Below are positions 18,958 to 27,814 of a stretch of 48,963 nt of DNA, piece after piece. Source of the DNA: a bacterium (GTDB taxonomy: Bacteria; Margulisbacteria; Marinamargulisbacteria; CANKTL01). How positions within the stretch are numbered: the stretch's first letter is position 1; every line of letters begins with the position of its first letter. The position numbers and the translations under genes were made by a program. The notes beneath the pieces are model-generated. The model had not been told where the DNA came from, searched no databases, and was given only the letters and a program-made list of their open reading frames with translations. The stretch spans positions 1 through 48,963 of the forward strand of contig CANKTL010000001.1 of NCBI GenBank assembly GCA_947486405.1, given 5' to 3'.

Positions 18958-19934
18958 TGGCATCAGCGACCTCAAATTTAAGTTTAGTTCATAGTGGGGG
19001 AGTCAATTTCCCGTTGGCGGTTGGCGAAGCGGCCTATCGAGTCGACGCGCTGTATTTCTTTATTTATTTTCTTTCGGCAGTCACTTTTTTTGGAATAGTA
19101 GGGGCCCTCATCTATTTCGTCATTAAATTTCGGCGCCGACCCGACCATCAAATTGCACTTAACCAAATGACGCATAGTACTGCGTTGGAAATCGCCTGGA
19201 CCGTTATCCCGCTAATTCTGGTGAGTATAATTTTTGTGTGGGGATACACGGCCTATCTGAAAAATATTGTTCCATCCTCAGATGCCAAGGAAATGCGGGC
19301 AATTGGCCGTAAGTGGTCGTGGACCTTTGAAGATCCAACCACGGGCCTACGCACCAATAATGAATTGGTAGTCCCTCTTCATCAACCGATTCGCTTGATA
19401 ATGTCATCTGAAGACGTGATTCATAGCCTTTTTATTCCCAATTTGCGTGTGAAACAAGATGTATTGCCGAACCACTATACTACCCTGGCATTTACAGCCG
19501 ATCGGGCGGGCCGGTACCAAATTTTCTGTACTGAATTTTGTGGTGATGGGCACGCTAGGATGCTCGCTAATTTGGTGGTGCTTGACGATGCGGATTACGT
19601 GAAATGGCAGGCCGACCAAAAAGCGGCGTCCTCTGCCACCCTGCCGTTAAATGAATTGGGTAAGAAGGTATCCACTGACCAAGGCTGTTTTTCCTGCCAC
19701 TCGGTAGATGGTAGCAAAAGTATCGGACCGAGTTGGAAGGGTATTTATGGCGCCAATAGGCAGCTTGTCGGGGGTAAAAGTGCCAAGGCCGACGACAATT
19801 ATTTACGCCGAGCTATTGTAGACCCTGCCGCTGAAATAACCGCCGGTTATGCCCCAATGATGCCCACCTATGCCGGTAAATTGAGTGATCAAGAGATGGC
19901 CGGTATAATCGAGTACATTCGTACTATCAAGTAA
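18957..19934 (+). CDS. coxB: Cytochrome c oxidase subunit II with fused C-terminal cytochrome c domain (caa3-type)
   Basis: Two N-terminal TM helices. CuA ligands in HSLFIPNL and CTEFCGDGHARM. C-terminal CFSCH heme c site with MMPTYAG Met ligand context. Confidence 0.92.
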   Translation: MASATSNLSLVHSGGVNFPLAVGEAAYRVDALYFFIYFLSAVTFFGIVGALIYFVIKFRRRPDHQIALNQMTHSTALEIAWTVIPLILVSIIFVWGYTAYLKNIVPSSDAKEMRAIGRKWSWTFEDPTTGLRTNNELVVPLHQPIRLIMSSEDVIHSLFIPNLRVKQDVLPNHYTTLAFTADRAGRYQIFCTEFCGDGHARMLANLVVLDDADYVKWQADQKAASSATLPLNELGKKVSTDQGCFSCHSVDGSKSIGPSWKGIYGANRQLVGGKSAKADDNYLRRAIVDPAAEITAGYAPMMPTYAGKLSDQEMAGIIEYIRTIK

Positions 19935-19943
19935 GGACCAGTT

Positions 19944-21551
19944 ATGTCGCATGTGCCCAACATTAATTTCTTTAAAGCAACAACCGGACTAAAAAGCTGG
20001 TTGTTCACGCTCGACCATAAACGCATTGGGTTAATGTACCTGGGGTTTATATGGTTTTCCTTCTTTTTGGGCGGCATTTTTGCCTTACTACTACGCTTAG
20101 AGCTTCTATTCCCTAATGGTTGGTTTTTAACCGACCGCCAATACGACCAACTATTTACTCTCCACGGCGCGGTGATGGTGTTTTTGTTTATTATCCCTTC
20201 TATTCCCGCATCACTCGGTAACTTTTTCCTTCCCATTATGATCGGCGCTAAGGATGTTGCCTTTCCCAGACTGAACCTGGCAAGTTTCTATATTTACGTG
20301 GTGGGCGCAGTGTTTGGTATCGGTTCGATGCTCATTGGCGCGGTAGACACCGGATGGACCTTTTACACCCCCTATTCCACGAGCACGGATACGGCCGTTA
20401 TAACAATGACATTGGCCGCCTTTATTCTCGGATTTTCCTCAATTTTAACCGGTGTTAATTTCTTAGCGACTGTTCATAATATGCGGGCCAAGGGCATGAC
20501 GTGGTTTAAGATGCCGCTCTTTGTTTGGTCCTTGTACGCCACGGCGGTGATTCAGATTTTGGCCACGCCGGTTTTGGGCATTACCTTGCTATTGTTGATC
20601 CTCGAAAAGACGATCAATATTGGGATATTTGATCCCAGTTTAGGCGGCGACCCCATCCTGTTTCAGCACTTTTTCTGGTTTTATTCGCACCCCGCCGTGT
20701 ACATCATGATCTTGCCAGCCATGGGTCTGATGAGCGAAATGATTTCGACCTTTAGCCGCCGCAGTATATTCGGATATCGCTTTATGGCGTATTCGAGCAT
20801 TGCCATTGCCATCATCGCTTTTTTGGTATGGGGACATCATTTATTTGTAAGTGGCCAATCGATGTACGCCAACATGATCTTTTCATTTTTAACCTATCTG
20901 GTGGCCATTCCCTCAGGCATTAAGGTCTTTAATTGGATGGCGACTATGTATAAAGGTTCGTTGGATCTTAAAACCCCATTCTTGTACGCCCTGGCCTTTA
21001 TTTTCTTGTTTACCATTGGGGGCGTTACCGGGATATTCTTGGCGGCACTTGCCGTTGATATTCACCTCACTGATACCTATTTTGTGGTGGCGCATTTCCA
21101 TTATGTAATGGTGGGCGGCACGGTAATGGCCTTTATTGGCGGCATGCATTATTGGTGGCCGAAAATGATTGGCAAAATGTATAACGAGTATTGGGCTCGT
21201 GTTGCCTGCTTCTTGATTTTCCTCGGATTTAACTTGGTGTTTTTTGTTCAATTTATTATGGGATCCAAAGGCATGCCACGCCGCTACCACACTTATTTGG
21301 ATCAGTTCCAACCGCTTCATGCTTTTTCGACCTATGGTAGTTGGGTATTGGGCCTGGGCTTTTTGGTTATGATAATTTATCTAATTCATTCCATTTTCTA
21401 CGGTGAAAAAGCCCCTGCTAACCCATGGAATGGCATCACCTTAGAATGGAAAACCGAATCGCCGCCTGTTTTGGAAAACTTTGATAAAGTGCCTGAAATT
21501 ACGCATGATCCTTATGATTTTGCGGCAGTTGATGGAAAAAAATATGAGTAG
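19944..21551 (+). CDS. coxA: Cytochrome c oxidase subunit I
   Basis: 535-aa 12-TM protein with heme-copper oxidase signatures [24 protein letters not shown] and [11 protein letters not shown]. Confidence 0.95.
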   Translation: MSHVPNINFFKATTGLKSWLFTLDHKRIGLMYLGFIWFSFFLGGIFALLLRLELLFPNGWFLTDRQYDQLFTLHGAVMVFLFIIPSIPASLGNFFLPIMIGAKDVAFPRLNLASFYIYVVGAVFGIGSMLIGAVDTGWTFYTPYSTSTDTAVITMTLAAFILGFSSILTGVNFLATVHNMRAKGMTWFKMPLFVWSLYATAVIQILATPVLGITLLLLILEKTINIGIFDPSLGGDPILFQHFFWFYSHPAVYIMILPAMGLMSEMISTFSRRSIFGYRFMAYSSIAIAIIAFLVWGHHLFVSGQSMYANMIFSFLTYLVAIPSGIKVFNWMATMYKGSLDLKTPFLYALAFIFLFTIGGVTGIFLAALAVDIHLTDTYFVVAHFHYVMVGGTVMAFIGGMHYWWPKMIGKMYNEYWARVACFLIFLGFNLVFFVQFIMGSKGMPRRYHTYLDQFQPLHAFSTYGSWVLGLGFLVMIIYLIHSIFYGEKAPANPWNGITLEWKTESPPVLENFDKVPEITHDPYDFAAVDGKKYE

Positions 21552-22197
21552 TAATGAGGTTCTGGTGGGGCGCAGTCACGAAGTTGCCCATCAATTCGAT
21601 ACCGCTGAACAGGAATTTAATACTGCCAAATTAGGGATGTGGGTGTTTATGGCCCAAGAAATTCTGTTTTTCGGCGGACTATTTGTAGCCTATGCCGTAT
21701 TCCGAATGATGCACCCTGATATGTTTCGAGAGGCCGCACATCATTTGTCACTCAAGTGGGGTCTTCTCAATACGCTCTTTCTACTAACCAGCAGTTTCAC
21801 AATGACGTTGGGTGAACGGGCAATTCGCCAAGACAAAATTAAGCAAGGCATTATGTTGCTTATGACTACAGTGGGCTTGGCCACTGCGTTTATGGGGGTA
21901 AAGGCCATTGAATATGCGGCCAAAATCCACCACGGCTATTTACCCGCAAAATGGTTTTTTGGCGAGGGCATGGACAACTCACTGCACCTGTTTTTTGGTA
22001 TTTATTTCGCGTTGACGGGTTTACACGGTGTTCACGTAATTATCGGTATTGGTCTTATTTTGTGGCTGGTGTACCGTACGATACGGGGTGAATTTGGCAG
22101 CCATTACTTTTTACCGATCGAAATGGTGACACTGTATTGGCACTTGGTGGATTTGGTCTGGACGTTTTTATTCCCATTGTTGTATTTAATCCGGTAA
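21544..22197 (+). CDS. coxC: Cytochrome c oxidase subunit III
   Basis: ATG 21544 overlaps the coxA stop (ATGAGTAG). Polytopic, ending in [16 protein letters not shown], which is typical of subunit III. The ORF-track start at 21481 lies inside coxA. Confidence 0.88.
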   Translation: MSSNEVLVGRSHEVAHQFDTAEQEFNTAKLGMWVFMAQEILFFGGLFVAYAVFRMMHPDMFREAAHHLSLKWGLLNTLFLLTSSFTMTLGERAIRQDKIKQGIMLLMTTVGLATAFMGVKAIEYAAKIHHGYLPAKWFFGEGMDNSLHLFFGIYFALTGLHGVHVIIGIGLILWLVYRTIRGEFGSHYFLPIEMVTLYWHLVDLVWTFLFPLLYLIR

Positions 22198-22201
22198 CCT
22201 T

Positions 22202-22582
22202 ATGAGCAAACTTCACTCTTCACACGAACTACCTCCATTAAAACCCTACATCATCACATTTGGTGCGCTGATTGCGATTACGCTATTTAACGTGACAATC
22301 TCACAATTTACCTCTGGTAGTTTGGGCTTGATCCTTACAATGGTACTGGCGAGTGTTAATGCCATATTGGTATTGGCCGTATTTATGGGCTTGTGGTGGG
22401 ACAATCGGTTTCACACGGTGGCCATTGTCACCACGTTTTTATTTCTCTCGCTCTTCTTTATTTTCACCATGTTGGACGTGGCTACCCGAGATGATCTCGA
22501 CCCGCGTGAAGGGCCGGCCTTTGATATCAAATCGCCGGTTCAAAAGGAACACTCATCCGGCCACGGCGGGGAGTCCCACTAA
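22202..22582 (+). CDS. Cytochrome c oxidase subunit IV-family small membrane protein
   Basis: 126 aa with three hydrophobic helices, in the usual position after subunit III. Confidence 0.7.
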   Translation: MSKLHSSHELPPLKPYIITFGALIAITLFNVTISQFTSGSLGLILTMVLASVNAILVLAVFMGLWWDNRFHTVAIVTTFLFLSLFFIFTMLDVATRDDLDPREGPAFDIKSPVQKEHSSGHGGESH

Positions 22583-23106
22583 TGCCGGCCACCCTCAAAG
22601 CAGGACTCTTGGGTGGCATTGTGTTATTTGCGTGGGGAATGATTTCTTGGATGATTATGCCGTACCATTCGGCCGTTCTGCATCAGTTTCCTAATGAAGC
22701 GGTGATTAGTGAAACGCTCGCATCATATGCGCCCAAGGCCGGGGTGTATGTGGTTCCCCATAATAAAGACTCGCTGAAACCCGGACATCCCTTTGCCTTT
22801 ATCAGCGTTCGTCCCGGGGGATTACCTTTAAGCATGGGCCAAATGTTCGCAGTGGCGTTAGCAGGGAATATTGCCGTGGCTTTCTTGGTGGCTTATGTGG
22901 TGTCTTTGGTAAAAAGCCGAGCTTATTCTCGGCGTTTTGGGCTGGTCTTAGTGCAGGGGATAATGGTGATAATAGCGGCCAATTTGCCGCTGTGGAATTG
23001 GTGGGGCTTTGCCGGTGATTATATTGTAGCCACCAGCATTGATGCCGCAATAGGGTGGGCGCTGATGGGTAGCGTCATCGCACGGTTTGCGGGTGATCCT
23101 TACTGA
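22582..23106 (+). CDS. Hypothetical 4-TM membrane protein embedded in the cox operon
   Basis: Start overlaps the preceding stop (TAATG) and the stop overlaps the ctaA start (TGATG). Hydrophobic helices are present but I recognise no motif. Confidence 0.65.
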   Translation: MPATLKAGLLGGIVLFAWGMISWMIMPYHSAVLHQFPNEAVISETLASYAPKAGVYVVPHNKDSLKPGHPFAFISVRPGGLPLSMGQMFAVALAGNIAVAFLVAYVVSLVKSRAYSRRFGLVLVQGIMVIIAANLPLWNWWGFAGDYIVATSIDAAIGWALMGSVIARFAGDPY

Positions 23107-24059
23107 TGCAAGCCGCGCAACCCGCCCTTCAGAAACTGAATCGCTGGCTCAAGCTGACCTTGTTGTCGGTGTTGACGCTGATTGTTATTGGGGGCATAGT
23201 CCGGGCGTCGGGGAGCGGTATGGGTTGCCCTGATTGGCCACGCTGCTTTGGGCAATGGATTCCCCCGGTAAGCGAATCCCAATTGCCACCGGACTACCAA
23301 ATTAAATACTCGGCCCATGGGAATACTGCGCAACCATTCAATGCGGCGCGAACTTGGACAGAATATTTAAATCGCTTGGCGGGCGTGACCGTTGGGTTCT
23401 TGTTTTTGGGGTTAGTTTGGCACGCGTGGCAAGTAAGAACGATCGATCGATCTCAACTCACCCTGGCAGTAGTGGGTACCGCTTTGGTGGGCTTTCAAGG
23501 CTGGCTGGGCGCACGCGTCGTCGCCAGTACGTTGGCGCCAATGGTGGTCACCACGCACATGATGGTGGCCCTGATCATTTTAGCTGTGTTGGTCGTACAG
23601 CGGGTGCGGCTGCGTAGCACCTTGTCCTTGGAAATTCGACCGGTTAATCGACCACCCATGTTCTTGGGATGGTCAATGGGCCTTGGCGTAGGTCTGAGCC
23701 TTGTGATTATGCTGGGAACGCAGGTACGAGAATCCATCGACACCATCACTGACAATCTCTCGATTCCGTTGCCACCCAATTGGACTCAAATCGTGGGGTG
23801 GGGGCTGGATATCCACAAGTGGCTGGCGGTGGCGTTATTTTTTGGGCTGATTTTCTTTTGCCGGCAACTGATCGATCATAACCCCACTAACGACCGCATC
23901 TTGCGCCAAATTAAATGGATGATGGCTTTGTTTATTACCCAATTGGCCACCGGGGCTATTTTTATTCTCTTAAATGTTCCGAGCGTGCTCCAACCGATTC
24001 ATCTCGGCCTCGCCGCGGCCCTATTTGTCCTCTACCTCGAACTCATCCTCACGCCGTAG
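23106..24059 (+). CDS. ctaA: Heme A synthase (COX15/CtaA family)
   Basis: N-terminal GSGMGCPDWPRCFG motif, eight predicted TM helices with conserved His residues (HAW, TTHMMVA, HKW, IHLG). Last gene of the oxidase operon. Confidence 0.85.
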   Translation: MQAAQPALQKLNRWLKLTLLSVLTLIVIGGIVRASGSGMGCPDWPRCFGQWIPPVSESQLPPDYQIKYSAHGNTAQPFNAARTWTEYLNRLAGVTVGFLFLGLVWHAWQVRTIDRSQLTLAVVGTALVGFQGWLGARVVASTLAPMVVTTHMMVALIILAVLVVQRVRLRSTLSLEIRPVNRPPMFLGWSMGLGVGLSLVIMLGTQVRESIDTITDNLSIPLPPNWTQIVGWGLDIHKWLAVALFFGLIFFCRQLIDHNPTNDRILRQIKWMMALFITQLATGAIFILLNVPSVLQPIHLGLAAALFVLYLELILTP

Positions 24060-24074
24060 CGAGTCAGGTGAGTG

Positions 24075-25097
24075 TTATAACAATCTAAGTGGAAAAAACG
24101 GGGTGTTTCGCCAAGCTTGAACAAAGCGCTCTGCAATCAGTGGGGAAGTGATGGTACCCGTGCCACCCAGTCCGGTGATACATCCGATGCGGGGAGACTG
24201 TCGGGAAAAGCCGTAGATGGCCCGACGATTTCGCGCGGAGGGACGGATACCTGCAGTGGCCTTTCCCACCTTAAATGGAATGGTGAGACGAGAACGGAGG
24301 TCGGCCACCAGATGAGCGACGTGTTTGGGGTCAGGTTCCGGCGTGGACCATTGCCAATACGCAGATGCGCCTAACTTGAATAATCCGGTATCACTGGGGC
24401 AGAGCCAGTGGCCCCAATTTACAATCTGAGCAGGGCTTAACCCGGGACACTCAATTTCCACGATTTCACCCTTGGCTGGTTTCAATTCAATTTCGCTGAA
24501 CCACCGCTGAGCGACGTCACGGGCGCCACTGCAAAAAATTAAGGCAGAGAACCGGTGGGCGCCCCACCGCACAGTATCGGTTTCAACAATGCAGTCATCC
24601 AGCGAAACAGTGGTCGTCGTCAGGGCCTTATTGGCCTTTAGAAAGTCGCGAATTGCATCGAGATAAACGGTCATATTCAATTGATGGGCCGGGTAGGTGA
24701 TAGCACCAAATTCAGACTGCCAACCGGCTGGCGGTAGCGACGGCGACACCAATGAGGCAAAGAGGGGATTTTGTAGCCGTTGGGCCAATTGAACGCGTTC
24801 AGACGCGTTATTCAGAAGGCGGCTCATCGGATACTCGGTTAAAAACGGGGTGCTCAGTTGGCTTTCGAGGGCGCGATAACGGGCGATGGAATAGTGCCAG
24901 TCGTGGGGATAATGCGGACTCAAGGTCAGCCGAGGCCCTGTAACGGGATTCAGAAGTCCGGCTGCAATGCGACTGGCCGAATCTGGTTGGGCATCGTCAA
25001 TTACGAGGACCGAATACCCTGCTTGGATCAGGGTCATGGCCAACCACGACCCCGCCAACCCCTGTCCCACAATCCCAAAGTCAATCACGTCGCCCAC
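24075..25097 (-). CDS. FAD-dependent oxidoreductase (DAO/MnmC-C-terminal-like)
   Basis: N-terminal dinucleotide fold FGIVGQGLAGSWLA...VLVIDD and a C-terminal GLGGTGTITSP motif, typical of the DAO family. Confidence 0.75.
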   Translation of the reverse strand: MGDVIDFGIVGQGLAGSWLAMTLIQAGYSVLVIDDAQPDSASRIAAGLLNPVTGPRLTLSPHYPHDWHYSIARYRALESQLSTPFLTEYPMSRLLNNASERVQLAQRLQNPLFASLVSPSLPPAGWQSEFGAITYPAHQLNMTVYLDAIRDFLKANKALTTTTVSLDDCIVETDTVRWGAHRFSALIFCSGARDVAQRWFSEIELKPAKGEIVEIECPGLSPAQIVNWGHWLCPSDTGLFKLGASAYWQWSTPEPDPKHVAHLVADLRSRLTIPFKVGKATAGIRPSARNRRAIYGFSRQSPRIGCITGLGGTGTITSPLIAERFVQAWRNTPFFPLRLL

Positions 25098-25770
25098 TCA
25101 CCACCAGTTGCGCCCCATTGTCGTGCAACCACCGCCGATGTCGCTGCCACTCCGGACACACTTTCTCCACCAATGCCCAGAATTTAGCCGAGTGATTCAT
25201 ATGCACCGTATGCGCCAATTCATGGCAAATGACATAGTCGCTAATGTCAGGAGCCACCATAACCAACCGCCAATTGATGCGGATTGCGCCGGTGCTCGTA
25301 CAGGCCCCCCAACTATGTTTGGCATTGCTCAATTTAAATTGCTTATATCGAAATCCGTGTTCAGCCGCGAGCTTGGCGACCCGATCTTCAAAATAAAACT
25401 GAGCGGCCTCTTTATACCATTTTGTAAAAGTCGCTTCGGCGAGTCCCGAATGCGTGGGAGAAAGGACAAACGAATCAGCTGTTAGCTGTAACGCAGGCTT
25501 AATCGGATGATTGGCTATTTTTAGCGGGTACCATGACCCATAATGCCAAAAACGGCTCCCAGGCTCAAAATTACCCGTTGGAGGCAACTGCGCTTGCAAC
25601 TCAGTCCGCTTTCGCTCAATCCACCCCGATTTACTCATCACAAACGCATGAATACGCGCCCGACTGACCCACTTCGGCGCCCGAACAGCCACACGCCCAT
25701 CGGCCAAAATCTGAATCCCAATCGAGCGTCGGGCCGATTGCTTCAATTCATAGTCAAGTTGAGCAGTCAT
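25081..25770 (-). CDS. YgjP-like (DUF45 / M48-type) zinc metallohydrolase
   Basis: HELAHTVHMNHSAKFW (an HExxH context) near the C-terminus and a 229-aa length, as in the YgjP family. Confidence 0.8.
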   Translation of the reverse strand: MTAQLDYELKQSARRSIGIQILADGRVAVRAPKWVSRARIHAFVMSKSGWIERKRTELQAQLPPTGNFEPGSRFWHYGSWYPLKIANHPIKPALQLTADSFVLSPTHSGLAEATFTKWYKEAAQFYFEDRVAKLAAEHGFRYKQFKLSNAKHSWGACTSTGAIRINWRLVMVAPDISDYVICHELAHTVHMNHSAKFWALVEKVCPEWQRHRRWLHDNGAQLVVSGRRD

Positions 25771-25798
25771 TTCACCACGTTAACAGGATTCTGGCCCT

Positions 25799-26707
25799 TT
25801 AAACAACCAGGGCGGGCAAGGTAATCGTAAAGGTAGTACCGCGACCCACCTCTGAGGTAAAAGTTAACTCTCCGTGATGATTTTTAATGATGCGCAGTGC
25901 CATCGATAATCCCATTCCCAAGTGCCCACCTTCTTTGGTTGAAAAAAACAGATCAAAAATCCGTTGTTGATGTTCCGGTGGAATACCTTTGCCAGTGTCA
26001 GTGATCGAAATGGTGTGTGTGCCGTTACCGGTGGTGGCGCTAACCGCAATTTGGCCACCCGCAGACGTCGCCGCGAGTCCATTGGAAATGATATTCAATA
26101 TCGCCCGATATAAATTCGTCGCGTCGCCCGTAACGCGCAACCCCGAATCAACCGACACCACCAGTCCCACCCCCGCGGCCACACACTGCGGCTTCACCAA
26201 CGCACAAATATCGCCGAGCAATTGCGTTAAATCGCTGTCTTTCACAACGCCCGATTCCGTATCCCCGTACTTCACCATCGTGTCTAAAATCTCACGCATA
26301 CGCAGGGCATTGCGCTGAATCGTGCCCATCATTTCTGTTATCAATTCGGGATCGGAGGCGTCTTCGGGTTCAAACCCATCCGCATGGGCAATCAACCCCG
26401 CCAATGGGTTTTTCAATTCGTGTGCGATGGCCATGGTAAATGAGGTGTGGGCTGCCAGCCGGGTAAGTCGCTCGGCCTCTTCCCGCGACTTCGCCAATTC
26501 CGCGGCTTGAACCTGGACCTGCTCGGATAATGTGGCATTGAAGCGTGCAATTTCGGTATTGGCGGCTTCCAACGAGGCTATTTTTTCATTCAATGAATCA
26601 TACAGGGAATTTTCGAGATGAGACCCGTGTTCGGTCACCATCTTATGTATAATTTTGAGGTCGTTATACTCCTCTTCGAGTGCGCGATAATCGTGTTCTA
26701 AGTTCAT
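25799..26707 (-). CDS. Cytoplasmic histidine kinase without recognisable sensor domain
   Basis: About 85 aa of N-terminal coiled coil. H-box FTMAIAHELKNPLAGL, N-box ILNIISNGLAAT, G1 ITDTGKGIP and G2 GGHLGMGLSMA. No TM or PAS/GAF motif recognised. Confidence 0.88.
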   Translation of the reverse strand: MNLEHDYRALEEEYNDLKIIHKMVTEHGSHLENSLYDSLNEKIASLEAANTEIARFNATLSEQVQVQAAELAKSREEAERLTRLAAHTSFTMAIAHELKNPLAGLIAHADGFEPEDASDPELITEMMGTIQRNALRMREILDTMVKYGDTESGVVKDSDLTQLLGDICALVKPQCVAAGVGLVVSVDSGLRVTGDATNLYRAILNIISNGLAATSAGGQIAVSATTGNGTHTISITDTGKGIPPEHQQRIFDLFFSTKEGGHLGMGLSMALRIIKNHHGELTFTSEVGRGTTFTITLPALVV

Positions 26708-27054
26708 GGCTCGTTTTTAATATGAACCTCGGTGCGGGGCCACAACAGTTTCCAGGCTGAAATTGTGTCTAAGTTCCACAGAGTATTAGACACTTCCCAC
26801 AGCACCACTTTGGTTTGTTTTTTCTTGGCCACTTTCAAAATTTCAGCCACAAACGAAGAGCCCGTGCTGTTGATATATTTGAGCCCGTTAAAATGAATGT
26901 CGTAATGATCCAAGGGCTTGGACATGACTTCGGAAATCTCGGCCAACATCGGTGCATATTCGTCAGACGTTCTTAATCGAAACTCGCCTGAGATGGCCGT
27001 TTCTTTTTCACTAATCGATACTTGGTACACTTTTCCGTTAATTTCCATGCTCAT
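26704..27054 (-). CDS. Small STAS / SiaC(DUF1987)-like regulator (tentatively slr1659-type)
   Basis: 116 aa. The pattern ISGEFRL...YAPMLAEI...HFNGLKYINSTGSSFVAEIL resembles SiaC/DUF1987 and STAS partner-switch proteins. 4-nt overlaps on both sides. Confidence 0.5.
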   Translation of the reverse strand: MSMEINGKVYQVSISEKETAISGEFRLRTSDEYAPMLAEISEVMSKPLDHYDIHFNGLKYINSTGSSFVAEILKVAKKKQTKVVLWEVSNTLWNLDTISAWKLLWPRTEVHIKNEP

Positions 27055-27635
27055 CCCGCCTTTATTTGAAGTTTCAGGGCAACACTGGTGCTGCCGTCTG
27101 AGTTAGGAACCAGGTCTATTTTAAGTTTGCTGCCATAGTCTTTAAGAATCATTAGCATCCCCAATTCTGATTTAGATGATGAGACCATACTGCTTAGAGT
27201 GATCTTTTCTTCAAACAACCGACTGAGCGACTTGGCCTGCAAATTACCAGACAGGCGCTCAAGATAAAATTGAAACGTTTCAGCCTGTTCGTGGGAACAA
27301 GTATTGGTGAGAAACAGTTCAAAATATGACGTGAAGCACTTGAACTCTAAATTAGAATACGTACCAGCCAAGCCATATTTCACCACATTTTCGAGCAATT
27401 CATTGATCACGACCGATGCCGTTGTTTCTAAAGAGACCGAGGCTGGATAGATGCCCTGAATTTTTTGAGCAAAAATATTGGCCAGCTCGCCCACTTTAAA
27501 CCAATTTTCGTCTAGATCTGAAATCGAAAGCTGATCTGAAAAGGAATCAACAAATGAATCCCCAGTTTGCCACTCGGTGGGAGGGAGATCGCAATGGTAG
27601 GGTGCTGAAATCGAACTCATTGTGTCATTAGCCAA
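27051..27635 (-). CDS. GHKL-ATPase-like regulator lacking obvious ATP-lid glycines (tentatively slr1658-type)
   Basis: N-box-like VINELLENVVKYG and a G2-like SELGMLMI, but I could find no DxGxG G1 box. The TTG start at 27635 has GGGG 10 nt upstream; the alternative is ATG at 27620. Confidence 0.5.
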   Translation of the reverse strand: MANDTMSSISAPYHCDLPPTEWQTGDSFVDSFSDQLSISDLDENWFKVGELANIFAQKIQGIYPASVSLETTASVVINELLENVVKYGLAGTYSNLEFKCFTSYFELFLTNTCSHEQAETFQFYLERLSGNLQAKSLSRLFEEKITLSSMVSSSKSELGMLMILKDYGSKLKIDLVPNSDGSTSVALKLQIKAG

Positions 27636-27691
27636 TTAGATGACGCCCCTTTCATAAGAATAAGACCGGCTCTTATTTGAATATACCAGAG

Positions 27692-27705
27692 CTGACAAGT
27701 GTCAG
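27692..27705. promoter_or_regulatory. Inverted repeat CTGACA-AG-TGTCAG in divergent intergenic region
   Basis: 6-2-6 palindrome read directly. It lies between the divergent starts at 27635 (-) and 27815 (+). Confidence 0.3.
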
Positions 27706-27814
27706 TATCGAAAATATAGGGGGATGTCTTGCGTATTTTGAAATTATTTTGGCTTAGATTCGACAATAATGTACAAATTTAATAAATAAAGCCTAGCTTT
27801 TAGGGGAGCACAAT

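Noticed and set aside
24752-25485. Plus-strand ORFs (63-172 aa) across the FAD oxidoreductase/YgjP genes
   Set aside because: They are antisense to genes with GxGxxG and HExxH motifs, and their translations are Pro/Arg-rich with no motifs.
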